DNA of 64,000 bases from Podarcis gaigeae (taxonomy: Eukaryota): NCBI GenBank assembly GCA_964106915.2, contig OZ066918.1; one strand, written 5' to 3'. The position numbers and the translations under genes were made by a program. Of the stretch, positions 37,301-50,500 are shown one piece after another; within the stretch, counting starts at the first letter, position 1, and every line of letters begins with the position of its first letter. The notes beneath the pieces are model-generated. The model was not told where the DNA came from. It did no database searches and saw only the letters and a program-made list of their open reading frames with translations.

Positions 37301-40300
37301 GTGGTTTATGAAAATTATGAGTACTGAAGGAGTCTATTCAAGTCTTCCAGATGTCCTAACTTTGAAACATTATTAAAGTTCTTAACTCTAGCACAGATTT
37401 CCCCAACCTTGGTTCCCCAGATGTTGTTGGATTACAACTCCTATAAACCCTGACTACCAACTCTGGAGGCTAAGGATGACGGGAGTTGTAGTCCAGAAAC
37501 ACCTGGGGAATCAAGGTTGGGAAAAGCTACTCTGGGGTAGTTGAGCAACTGAAGAACTTGCCATAGGCACATTATTCTCCTGATGTTTCTTAATCTAAGA
37601 CAATGCAAGTTGGACATCTTTATTTCATAGTTACGCTGCATACACAGTCAACCTAGGATATTGAGCCAAGTGATATTAAGAGCTCTAACAACAGATTTAT
37701 TTTGATTTGTTCTAAAATCTATCCATCAGTAATGCCACTATGGGTTTTTTGTTCTCATTTAATGAATGGGAAAGCATTAAAACAAGGCTCTGGTTAGATT
37801 AGAGATTGTGCAAAATGTCCAGACTCCTAACTGCAAACAAATCTTTCAAAAAGCCAATGAGAGAGTTCTTGTGAACTTTCTCAACACACTTTATAGTTGG
37901 TAGCATTCATACTCTGCTGAGAAGTTTATTTCAATATTTTACAAAATTAAATGTCTTTTCTACCCAATATGAAAATGACAAGTTCTAAACAGCAGTTTTA
38001 TATACACTGAAAGCTGAAGCTTTCTAGCTCTTGGGTATGATTGCTGCTGTACCAAATGCCTAAATTTATAGGTCTGAGATGCTATGCAATTAAAAGTCCC
38101 GGCCGTTATGTGGGACAAATTGTCCAGTGTGGCCTAAGGAAGCATGGCTAGTTGGAGAATTAGTTAGAGAAGATGCCTTTTGTGTAATATGTACTCACAA
38201 CATTCCCAGCTGTCCTGTGTCTTTTGTCCCATTCCTCCCCCAAGTGCCCAAAGCTTTCCCAGCCATTCCGAAGACAATTGGAGGCTTGTAATTAGCTGGA
38301 GTAGAGGTGCCTATTACACTTTCAGCTAAAACAGATTTAAACTAACAAACAATGAAAGAGGGGAAACTGTAATTGTGTAGACCTAACTAAAAACAGCAAA
38401 ATTAACAGAGTAACTGAATTATCAGGAACACTAAAACAATACAATTAATTAACACCAGCTATTATTGATAATACGGGAGGCTTCATATGGCAGGGAAACC
38501 ATATACAAAAATACACTAAAAAAAGAAGAAAAAATGTATTGAGGATATGGTGTTAAGTCTGCATGCAAAGTAAGTGATCTACTACTAAGCTATTCTTCCT
38601 CCAGTGAGATATACTGGTCCTTTATAGGGTAGGGAAACACAAAAACTGTAACAGTCCCCATATTAGCTGACTTGAGTTTAGTTTTTTAAAGCACATTAGG
38701 TACAAAACCCAAAAGAACCAAAACAGAATCGTGTGACCTAGTGGCTGGAGGAGTATGCACTGTACCCCTCAAACCAGAAGTGAGCAGACTTCCGGTTTGT
38801 GGACTTTTTCCTTTATCTTTGCCACATGAACCAGGATCCACGAAATGCCAATCAAAGTTACCTGATCACAATGCAGCAAACCAAATCCACATCTCTGTTA
38901 ATACAGATTAGAAAAGTCACACAAAACTTGGTCATAGGCAAACAAGTAAGACTATCATTTCATAGGTGCAGATCACCAACACTGAGAGATAAATGTTAAA
39001 TCAAAGCCAAGAACTTAATCCATGGCAGCAGCCGCCCCTCTCGCCATTTATTTTTCCCCCAGCAGCATTTTAAGTCAGCACTCTTATTTATAACTTAACA
39101 AAATAAAAACTGTTTATAATATCATGCAAAATATTTAGTATTATGGACATGTTTCTTTTTAAAAATTTGTTGGGTTTGGATGGAATTCTCAGCATCTATG
39201 ATAGGGCATTATGGGTTTAGCAACATCATTTTAGCCAAGTATGTTGAATGAAACCATGGCTACGAAAGGCAGACTAACACTTTTCACAACCTGAATTAAA
39301 GCAGCTACTGTTTCTTTTAGAGCTGTTAATGGGGTAAAGATAAGATAAATCATTGGAAGGAGTAGGGTAATAAATGCAAGGAAAGGAGAATACCTCTACA
39401 AACATAAGCAAACAACTCCCATACAAAGGGTTACTAGTGCATATTGTGTGCCTGCTGCAGTAACATTACATTGAAAACTGAATAGAATGAAGACAAGGGG
39501 AAATGGAAATATGCTAAACCACAGCCTGGAGAAGAGCAACTCTGGCCACAAAATGCCATCCACATAAGTACATCAGACCTGCACAATCAGAAAGCAGGAT
39601 AATGCATACAGAACTGTATTTCTGTATAATACAGAATCATAGACTTGTAGGATTTGAAGGAACCACGGGGATCATCTAGTCCAGGGGTCCTCAAACTTTT
39701 TAAACAGGGGGCCAGTTCACTGTCCCTCAGACACTGTTGGGGGCCAGACTATAGTTTGAAAAAAAATATGAATGAAATACAGAGCTACAAAAAGAATATA
39801 ACAGCAATAATGACTAATAGTGATGATGCACATTAAACACAGGGAAGCCCATTTTAAAACCTGGTCATGGCTTCTAAGAGGAGTAGTATGTGCTTCAAAT
39901 GTACGGTACTTTAAAGGCATTGCACATGGAGCTGAGAGACATTTAAGGATGAACAACATGCATAGGTGGCCCAGACCAAAGCCCTTTAAAGTCTCATGTG
40001 ACGAAAAGTCCTTAAAGAGAATTTACATCCTCAGTTTGAGGGTCCAGGGACCCAGTGCTTGCAAGCGGAACAAACAAAAGGGGGGAAACCCCCACTGAGT
40101 TTGGACATTGTGTGAAAAACAGCTTTTAAAAAAATAGTAATTCTGGGAAGCGAGGGAAGCGGGCTTGGTGGGTAGAAGCGTATACTGATGACGGGAAATG
40201 GGAGAATGAAAAACAAAATGTGGCGCTCAAAACCAAATGACTGTTGAGGGAATAGTTGAGTAAGAAACTGCCTTTGCATAAGAAAGACGAAGAAAAGGAA

Positions 40301-41514
40301 ACCGGGAAAAGAAAGGGAAGCAAGAGGAGAGGTTTTTTGGTTGAAACTGCCAGGAAGCAAAGCGGGGAGGGCAGGAAGTACCAAGTGGAGAAAGGAGCGT
40401 GGAGTGAGAGAAAACTTCGGGGCTCAGTCCACAACAGCCTCGCTGCTCCTGGGGCTCCTCCATACCTCGTCAAGCTAGAGCAGCCTCTCTCCCAGCCGAT
40501 GGGTCCTCCCCTTCCCCAGCCCTCTGGACCCACGTGTTCCCTGGCGCCGCCCACCATGTTCCTGTGCCACTAAAGTTTTGGGCCAAGACCCATTAGACAG
40601 TGGCAGGTTCTGCACTTGGCGGGCGGGCTGGGTTCAGGACCCTGGTGGGCCAGATCTGGCCCACAGACCGTAGTTTGAGGACCCCTGATCTAGTCCAACC
40701 CCCTGCAATGCAGGAATCTTTGCCCAATGTGGGGCTCAAACCCACAACCCTGAAATTAAGAGTCTCATGTTGTACTGACTGATCTATATGGGGCTATATG
40801 CATATAGCCAATGCATATCATCACAGAATTCAGGACAAAAAACAAATTTTAGGAAATATTTTCCTGCTTTACAGATATGGAACTCTATGGCTGAGATTAC
40901 TCTCAACGTCAGCATGTGAATCTATGATAGAAAACTCAAACATAAACATAACTGCCCTTTATCAGTATTCCCACTCCTATTTTCAGCAGACATCACAGAC
41001 ACAGGAAACACAGAGACACAAACATTCTGCAAAATAAACACAATCCAAAACTAGCTGAAACTATCAAAAAAGGCATCGAAATAATCAATCCTATAATAAT
41101 ATAAATTATCATAATTTCCAAGTACAATTAAAATTCCAACCCTGTCCTGGTGTGTGCAGTAAAATTGGTGGGATGACACACTGTCACCTCTCCCACTCAC
41201 GAGCCACTGCTGCAGCAGTGTGTGAGCAACGCACATGCACACACAACACACTGATGAAGAGAGCTTACTCACTGTTTTCTTTGCCACTGTCTAGTTGCCA
41301 AGCTGCCGCAGTTCTCTTCATTACTAAAATGTCCAGAAATAGCTCACTCTCCACTCACCGCTCACCCTGGCATCACCAATCACAGATAAGGAAGACAAGC
41401 CCACAACGCCAATCACAGACAAGGCAGCTTGCAGACCTGCCCAGCTATTGCTACCACCACTGCCACTAAGCTCAACACAGTATGTATGTGGGTTCTTCAT
41501 GCAACCATATATGA

Positions 41515-41560
<46 letters not shown>

Positions 41561-44500
41561 CGTATTTCACTTTTCCAACCACAATATTGATCTCAAAGTG
41601 GCTCACAATAATGCCAATAGCATTTGTTGCAATTATCTGACTCTTGCTGTGTCTTTGCAAGGGTCGGAACTCACATGAGATCAGATTTAGGACAGATCAC
41701 TAAGCATGATATGAGAGCTGCATTTAAGGAAGGGTCAGCAGTCTACCACAACCCGTCCTACAGTAAACCAGTGGACTGCCTTGCCCCTGTCTTAGGCAAA
41801 GTCCTGTCTCTCTAGATGGTGCCCACAATGAACTAATCTTCATAAATGTATGCACTAACAATTTGATTTTCTCACTTCTCCTGGCTAGTTGTTATCTCTC
41901 AGTATTAAGACATAGCATCCTGCTCTTGGCAAAACTATTCTCATGTTAAAATAAACAGGTTAAATGATCTGGATAACAACTAGCGAAAATAAGGAATATG
42001 GTAATTTTACTTAAGAGCAGAAAAGGTATTCTTCACCAATGAGCAACTGCAAGCATGAAAATTCATGAAAGCAGCTGTTTTTATTCCAAAACATTAAGTA
42101 AATCCCCACGCTTCAATCTCTCTGGTATGTGCTACCTTTTCCTTCACTCGTTTTTGCTATGCTGTTTATATTAATTTCCTCACTTGATTTATATCAAAAG
42201 GAATCCTTACCCATTGTTGTCTCCAGGTCTTTCCCAACATTTTTCAGCTGCCCTGAAAACTCTCAAAATGAAGCAGTGACTTTGGCCAAGCATGTAGTGA
42301 AATGTCCTTTTATCAGAATAGATGTCACATTGACCACAACAGACAGAAAAATAACTTAATGATACACTGGCTGGGTTTTAGATTAGCTTGAAATACACAG
42401 ACACATACCAAGAGATAGAGGTGGTCTCAGCACATCTGCTAAATATAGCTATCCTGATGCAGCATTCTTTTGCAAGCAGCCAACACTGGAGTGTGATAGG
42501 GACTGATAACTATAGCTGTTTCCTCTTTACTCACATCCTGCTTGAAAACAGCCCTATGAACAATTTGTCAACCTTGAGCTCCCCAAGAGACTGTCAAGTA
42601 TTTATAAACAGCAAGAAGCATAACGGAAGCTGCTTATTTGTGTAAAAATAAAATGAAATCAGTACATATATCCCATTAATACTAATAGGGCTGAAGAGTT
42701 TGTTACTACAAGGTCAAAAACATATATATATATGACAAAGCACTTTAATATCACTTGGGAAAATTTGCAGCTTCACTTAACATCGTGCAAAAGTTATGCT
42801 TTCAATTTGAATGCACCCCACTAAATTTAACCTTGATGTTTGTTCATAGCTGGTCTGGACTCTGACAGAATCCTATAAAACTGTGTAATATTGTCTTTCT
42901 GTATTAACTACTGTTCCTAGCAATGCAAAGCAATGGCAAGCACTGTTGTCACAGATAGAACTTTTATTCACAGGTGACATAAAAATCACATAGCTACTGG
43001 CGGATTTAAAAAGATGATACAAATACAATTAAACTGAATTTCTATTTTCACAAGGCATGCTAACAGTGGATGAGACATGCAAGAGTTCTTTAAATAGCAT
43101 GTATGAAATCAGTATTCAGTTCAAAATTTCACTCACTTTATGTTCCAAGAAATATCAATCAGTTGTAGCGCTTAGATTCTTTCCCCCACTCCTGTTCACT
43201 TTATAGGCCACCCCTCTGTGCTACCACGGCACAAACCCTGATCCAGAACCTGTAGCTTGAGAACTGTACAAACGTAATGGGAAAGAAAAAAGGGGAGCCT
43301 GGCTGTGTCTGTGGAAAAGCCAGATACGTCTGTTTTCCTGTTTTCTAAATACAGCTGCTTCCCTGGTTCTACGCAAGTAAAAAAACTGACCATACCAATT
43401 CACAGGCAGATTAGTAGTGTGTTTTACTAGAAAAGATGAAATAAAAACAGAAATTAAAATATAGGAGAATGGAAATGGCAGAGCATTTCTCAGTGGAACT
43501 GGATAGCCTGGATTGCCTCATTCAGGTTCAGTGATAGATACATGCCATTCTTCGTATCCCACCTAAGGTGGAGGCACTGCTGGTGTCAAGGGTCTTTTCA
43601 GTACTTGTCCCATATTGTGGGACACTTTGCTCCATGAAGCATGGATGCTCCCCACCCCCACTCTGCCTCTCCTCCTTTGGCTAAGATTTTTATTCTGGCA
43701 AGCTAGCTTGCTAAGGTCATTTGCAATCTCTGCTGTTGTCACTTTCAAATTTTGTGCGTTTTATTGTTGCATTTTAATTTTTTTATTGCATCGCGATTTT
43801 AAGTTATTGAACAGATGTGTGCAATATATAGTAAGCCCACAGTGTGTGTACATTTAAATTGTGGGCATTCAGCTTTATGCATGTGGGAAAAAAATAAAAA
43901 TAAAAAGGGGGGAGAGGTTCTGGGGGAAATGACTTGGGCAATCCCACCCGCTATTTAACCCAATGTGTATACGTGATTTTGGCTTTAGGTGCAATCCCCA
44001 GACTGTAACGCCCATGCAAGATGTGAGCTTACTGTAAAAATAAAATAAAAGTAGAGGAAAAGTAATATTGGGAAGGATCCAGACCAGGGCATGTGGTCAT
44101 TCTACTTGTGGGCAAGAGGCTCCAAGCTGCCTCCTCTAAGAAGCAGCACCCCACACCTCCTAAAAAGCCTTCACAAAATTTGGGAGGCCCTCCAGAGTGG
44201 CATCTCATAAAGGATGTTATTGGTAGGCACCCGGGCCTGCACTGAGTGAAGAAGTGTTTCTGCTTGAAATGAGATCTCTCCTTATGTTACTCATCATTAT
44301 TTATGTGGTAAGTGCTAGCTAACAGGTGCCCACAACAGCTTTTACACACATCTATTTCAGCACTGCTGACCACACACTGCTGCGAAGTAGTTTCATTTTT
44401 TCTTCAAGGCACTGTTTGAAATGCTGCATAAACTTGCAAAACTGGTTTGACTGAAAATATGGCGGGACAAAGGGGAAATGAATGTTTGAACAGTAAGTAA

Positions 44501-47500
44501 TGAGGGCTGCACAATGCTACCTTCAGGTCTCTAAAAGTTCTGCACACTGGCAGAAAAACAAAGGCAGTTTTCTTAAGACATTCTAGGAACAAGTGAAGTA
44601 ACTTTATGGTTGCTTCCCTTGCTAATATTTATATGTCAGTCATGTCCACAGATAAAGTTTATATTCCATCTTGCTGTCTCTGTCTCTTTATCTTTTCTGA
44701 GGTTACCGTGGAACAGCTGACACGAGACTGCTTTCTCTGGGAAAAAAGTAATCTCCCAACCCAGGGTCAAATTCCTTTCTCCATCTGGAAGTTTATTCTG
44801 AACAACTCAGAATTTCAACAAATCCAACAACAGATTCGTATTTGCAAAAGTGCAATGAAAAGTGAGAAGTTAGCAAAGCAAAAAAAGAAAAAAAAAAAGC
44901 AACTGCACTGTTCCCTATCCATGGAAACTAAAATTTCATTTTCAAGTCCCCAAACTGTATTTTGCAACTCAGTCTGAGTAACACAGACCAATCAGGTTTT
45001 TTTTTTAATGGACTTAGATGTGACATATTCATCATCACACTTCATAAGCATCCCTCCTGCAGTCTCCTTTTAATCTCAGCCCTTGACCATGAGGTGGCCA
45101 CCCAGACCGGTGATCATAATCTGAGGTCCTTCTTCTTGTGCAACACAAGAATGGGCCTTTTCTGCAGTGGCTCCCTGCTTGTGGATTGCTCTCCCCAAGG
45201 AGGCTCACCTGGCGCCTTTGTTACATATCTTTAGGCGCTAGGTGAAAACATTCCTCTTCTCCCAAGTGCTTGGCTAATTAAACTATCAATGGCCTTTTAA
45301 ACTGTGGGGGGTATTGTTTTTGTTTGTTACTATGTTTTTCTTGTGTTTTTATATTGTAAGCTGCCCTGTGATGTTTTGGTGAAGGGCGGTATAGAAATTT
45401 AATACATAACAATAACCTATTGCTTCCAGCATTCATGGCCAGCATTATAGATCACTGACATTTGCTTTGTACTTCCTAGGACAATGATTCCAAACCACTA
45501 GGCCACAGGATCTTAACAGATGAAGTCCTCTGGTACTGGTTATAGAAGGTTGCCTGCTGTGTAAATCAGGCATAACCAAGTGCTAGCAACTGTTGTTGAG
45601 CTATTGAAAACACTTTCACTGTCAGCACAGAGAAGCCGAAGCTCAAACATCACTACCGTTCAAAACAAGAGGTGTTATGGTATCTTAGATGTATCTTTAA
45701 CTGGGCATCCTTCTTATGGGTAGTAGGTTTATTTGAACAGAAAATGTGGCAGACATATTTAACTCCTAAAATAATAACTCAGGACCTAATATTTGGGTTT
45801 GTGGGCCAATGGAGTATAAATGAATAGGTGAGAATGCAAAACAGACAATAGATAGCTGAAATGTGGAACATGAATATGGTATGTAACTTCAACCAAACTT
45901 TTGCAACAAAAACCACTGGGGCACGGCATTTACCTCATTTGGACATAACTGTAAATAATTGTTTAGAGTGGTGATCTCTCTTCATTTACTCCATCCTGCA
46001 TGGCCACAAGAAGATCAATAAGCATTTACTTCCATTTTCAACTGCTCAATTTTATGTCCAAACTGGGAACTGCAGGTAGTACTTACTACTGTTTATCTGA
46101 ACAAGCCAGGATTGTAAACCAGTTTGAAGCTGGTTTGTTCAGACAAACCTTAATTAAACTAACAAAAATATGTTCTTGTTTGGAAATATTAATAAAATGG
46201 GGTTAGTTGAAACCAGGAAGCAAATGCTTCTGATCTCCTTTCCCTGCTTTGCTCAATCTTGTATTTTATGTAAAACTTTTTGGAAAAAAGAGAAATCCAT
46301 TGGCATCATTGTAGCATTTCTGTCTCAAAATTCTAGTTGTTGCCTAATGAAAGAACTTCATATTTTCATCACATTCACCTGTTCATATAAGCAAACAATT
46401 GGGACCAAATGTTTTGAAAAACTGAAGTACATTAAAGCATTTTATGTTGAACATAGGTTACCAACCAGCCAGCCATGAACAAAGGCAAAGATTGGGTGTT
46501 ACATTATCTACCAGTAGAACAACTTTCCTTTCCAAGAGAACAAAATCTTTCTACAAACAATCTCAATCTCCTTTTCCTTCCCATTTCTTTACTCAGCGAT
46601 GAATAACCATGATCCATCTCTTCTTCAGTTTGATGGTTCCTGAAATGTGCCAGAATGGATGATTCTGAGTTGCAAGTTGGATATGCATTCATAGTAAACT
46701 GTACAGAAACACCCTTTCAACAGTAAATAATTCCATAAAGTACTATTGTCAGAGATCTAAAATAATCCGCAGAGCAATTCTTTGGTAAATACTGATTAAA
46801 TATTTCAACCTTAACTCATGAAACTAGAATATGTTTACCGAAGGTCTGCCTCTTAAGTTACACCTTCAACAGAAACACTGAGCTATTGAGGCTATGCAAA
46901 TGATAAAACAATATATAGAAATACTCACATTTACCAGAATCTAAGCCACTTGCACTGAAAACAGTGTAAGATGAAGTCATCTATTTCTAGCCCTATTATT
47001 TATAGACGACAAAAATATTGTGCATATCTTACTACTGAAGTTGTTAATGCTAACATCAAGGATTACCAACTTGGAAATCAAGTCCACATCCGAAGGCAAT
47101 TTTCTGTGGTTCCCAGTGGCTCTACTCTTTTTGAATTAAAGCCATTTTTCAGGTGGTAAGCAACTTTGCTGTTACATCCATCTTTCAAATTTGAATGCAG
47201 CAAGTTTGTAATACGTAAATATTTTTATTTTTAGGGGATGCGGATGGCGCTGTGGTCTAAACCACAGAGCCTCTTGGGCTTGCTGATCAGAAGGTCGGCG
47301 GTTCAAATCCCTACGACGGGGTGAGCTTCCATTGCTCGGTCCCAGCTCCTGCCAAACTAGCAGTTCAAAAGCACGCCAACAAGTGCAAGTAGATAAATAG
47401 GTACTGCTCCAGCGGGAAGGTAAACGGTGTTTCTGTGTGCTGCTCTGGTTTCGGTGTTCTGTTGTGCCAGAAGTAGCTTAGTCATGCTGGCCACATAACC

Positions 47501-50500
47501 CAGAAAAACTGTCTGCAGACAAACGCCAGCTCCTTCGGCCTGTAAACCGAGATGAGTGCTGCAACCCCAGAGTCGTTCAAGACTGAACTTAACTGTGAGG
47601 GGTCCTTTACCTTTTCCCTTTTTATGTGTACACAATGCTATGCCTTACCACAGAGGCTCCAATGGCATCAAATTTATTATGAAACCTGGTCATTTTTTAT
47701 TATCCCTCCCCACACTACAGAGGGCAGAATGTGCTCCCATCCAAGAATCTATAACCTGTCCATTACTGTTCTATATAACATTACCATATTGTGAAAACTA
47801 CCTTACATCTTCTCTCTTTCTCCAGGAGAGACTATAATATATATTTTCTGGGGATAAAACACCTGAATGTTATTTTCACAGGAGTTTTATTTTCAAATGG
47901 AGAACTATTTTATGGACTTAAAAAGGAACAGGAAAATGTAAAAATGCCTCTGGCCTCTGAACAGCAAGGGGCCACTTACTATCTCTACACTCCCAGAATC
48001 AGGTCAATTCACCAGCCATCTCCACCCCCTTCCCTGCTCCCCAATAATATTTCCGGAGTAGTAAAACAAGCAGTTAAACAAGCAAAAATCTTGTTTCATG
48101 GTGGCAGAGCCGATATTTGAGTCAAATAATACTTCCATATCTATAGGTACAGCCTGGTAAACAAAGCTAGGTAAAGGTAAAGGTACCCCTGCCCGTACGG
48201 GCAAGTCTTGACAGACTCTAGGGTTGTGCGCTCATCTCACTCTAGAGGCTGGGAGCCGGCGCCGTCCGCAGACACTTCCGGGTCACATGGCCAGTGTGAC
48301 ATGGCTGCTCTGGCGATCCTGCACCAGCGCAGCACACGGAACGCCGTTTACCTTCCCACTATAAAGCGGTACCTATTTATCTGCTTGCACTTTTAAGGGT
48401 GCTTTTGAACTGCTAGGTGGGCAGGAGCTGGGACCGAAAGACGGGGGCTCAACCCGCAGCGGGGATTCCAACTGCCGACCATACGATCGGCAAGTCCTAG
48501 GCACTGAGGTTTTACCCACAGCGCCACCCACGTCCCTAAAACAAAGCTATTCAGGAGTAAATTCCACGAACTTTGTGCCAAACAAGCTGACCAAAACCTG
48601 CCCCAAAAACAGTTTTGCTGAAGCCTGTCAACAGTGTGATCCCTACTCACCATTCTCCCTCGCAACAGCCAAGGTATTGTAGTGGTTAAAATTCACTGGG
48701 TGGCCTTGCATAAGCTACTAACCTACCTCACATAGTAACCCATAAAGTACCCTAAGCTACATTATAAGGGAGACTAAAATGTTACTATGAGTTCCTTGGA
48801 AAAATGGGATACAAATGTAACAATAAAAGAAAAGAAAAAATGTAGTATGTATAACCTAGCATAAACAACGAGTGTACTAATTCGTACAGAAATGTGCTCT
48901 GTTTGCAAGCCTGAAAGCAAATTATCCAGATTTGCCAGAAACAATGGAACAAATCAGAACTTAATGCTCAGTGCTGCTATTTAACATAAAGAAAGAAACC
49001 TTCAGTATTTGATTTCTCTTCAAACAAAGCAGAACATATCCATTTCATCAGAGAAGTAGTAAAGACCAAGGTCTAATTCAAATGTCAATATACTATATTG
49101 CCTACCTCATCCTTACCCAGTTAAATTACATTCAAGATAAGATAAACAGTGAAAACAAAAATGCCCAAGTCCAAGAATAAAGCAATATATAACTTATTCA
49201 AGATAGGGAGAAAGTAACAAATTTGATTGCTACAGCCCCTTACGCAGAACTAAAACTATGGCTACTTAACAACAAATGTGCAAAACAAAAGCAGACCCTC
49301 ACCAAATAAGTGTTTGAACAAAGCCAAGATTCTGAAATTGACAGACGCAATGCCTACCCCAATGTAGGAATAAATTAACACAAAAGTAGTCAAACAGTCA
49401 GACACCAAGGAAATAGCCTAAGTGTCACCTCATTGCTTATTTTTAGCATTTGTGAGTCATTTTGAAAAATATTTTCAAAGTGACATGCAAAAAGATAAAC
49501 TAGTAACATTATATGATTAAAATACTAAAAATCAAGCATTATATAACTAGGAAGGAAGGAAGGAAGGAAGGAAGGAAGGAAGGAAGGAAGGAAGGACCAA
49601 TTTAAATAGCAAACAGCAATCCAATCAAGAGTGGATATTAAAAAGCACTAAAACCCTAGATCATTAGGGGTCAGTTAAAAGCCACATTGAACAGAAAATC
49701 TAGTGTCTAAATTAAAAGAAAAGAAGGTACCTCACAGATCTGTTCAGGAAAGGGTAGGGCAGTTCAGCAATATCGGGGGGTGGGGTGTCAAAGCCTACCC
49801 GACTCTGATTTATAAGGTGTCATCACTGAAAACAACCTCTCCGTAGTAGCCACCAGATCAAGTGATATATACCACTGATCCCTACTTCTTAGCAGGTATG
49901 GCTACTTAAGAATGTATTTTCTCCATATATTACAACAAGTGGTTATAGGTACCAGTATAGCTTTTGCCTCAGCCTGTTTCCAAAATTTGTTTCTCTCAGA
50001 TTTCTCCCTATACTGCCCAGGGACTGTACATTTTCAAGATTATTAAGTGGGTAACTTACCAAGTCAAGGACTACTGATTGGCCTCTTAGCAGATTTTGCA
50101 GAGGATGAGGTAGGAAACTCAAGCTCAGGGGGTAGTGATTCAATGGTGTGGGTGTGTTTCCTTCTTTTTCTACAGAATATGGAAGTCAGCTAAATGCTGT
50201 TGAGATTGACTGGCTCTGTAGGCCGGAGTGGTAATTCTGCAGGAAGTAGAAATGCACGCCCCTCCCTGTTGGCAAACATACAGGTATTGGAATGTGCATT
50301 ATTCTTCGGTGGTGTACAGGATGTGGGCAGACTGAAGGATTTCGGTTGAATGGCAACACCTAGAATAAAGAATTTAGTATTCTGGCAGACATGCCACTTA
50401 TATTAAAATAGGGCAAATTGAATACTATGGAAGTGGGTGGGTTCCCAATTGTTTGGTAATAATGGAGGACTATTATTCTATCACATGTTACAACTCTTAT

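Noticed and set aside
40720-40790. tRNA-Lys gene
   Set aside because: Decayed stems and boxes, and it is fused to a CR1-type tail, so it is a SINE head.
46929-46954. Micro-exon (ttttcag|26 nt|gtgagt)
   Set aside because: Neither donor (20 or 26 nt) preserves the frame, and there is no other support.
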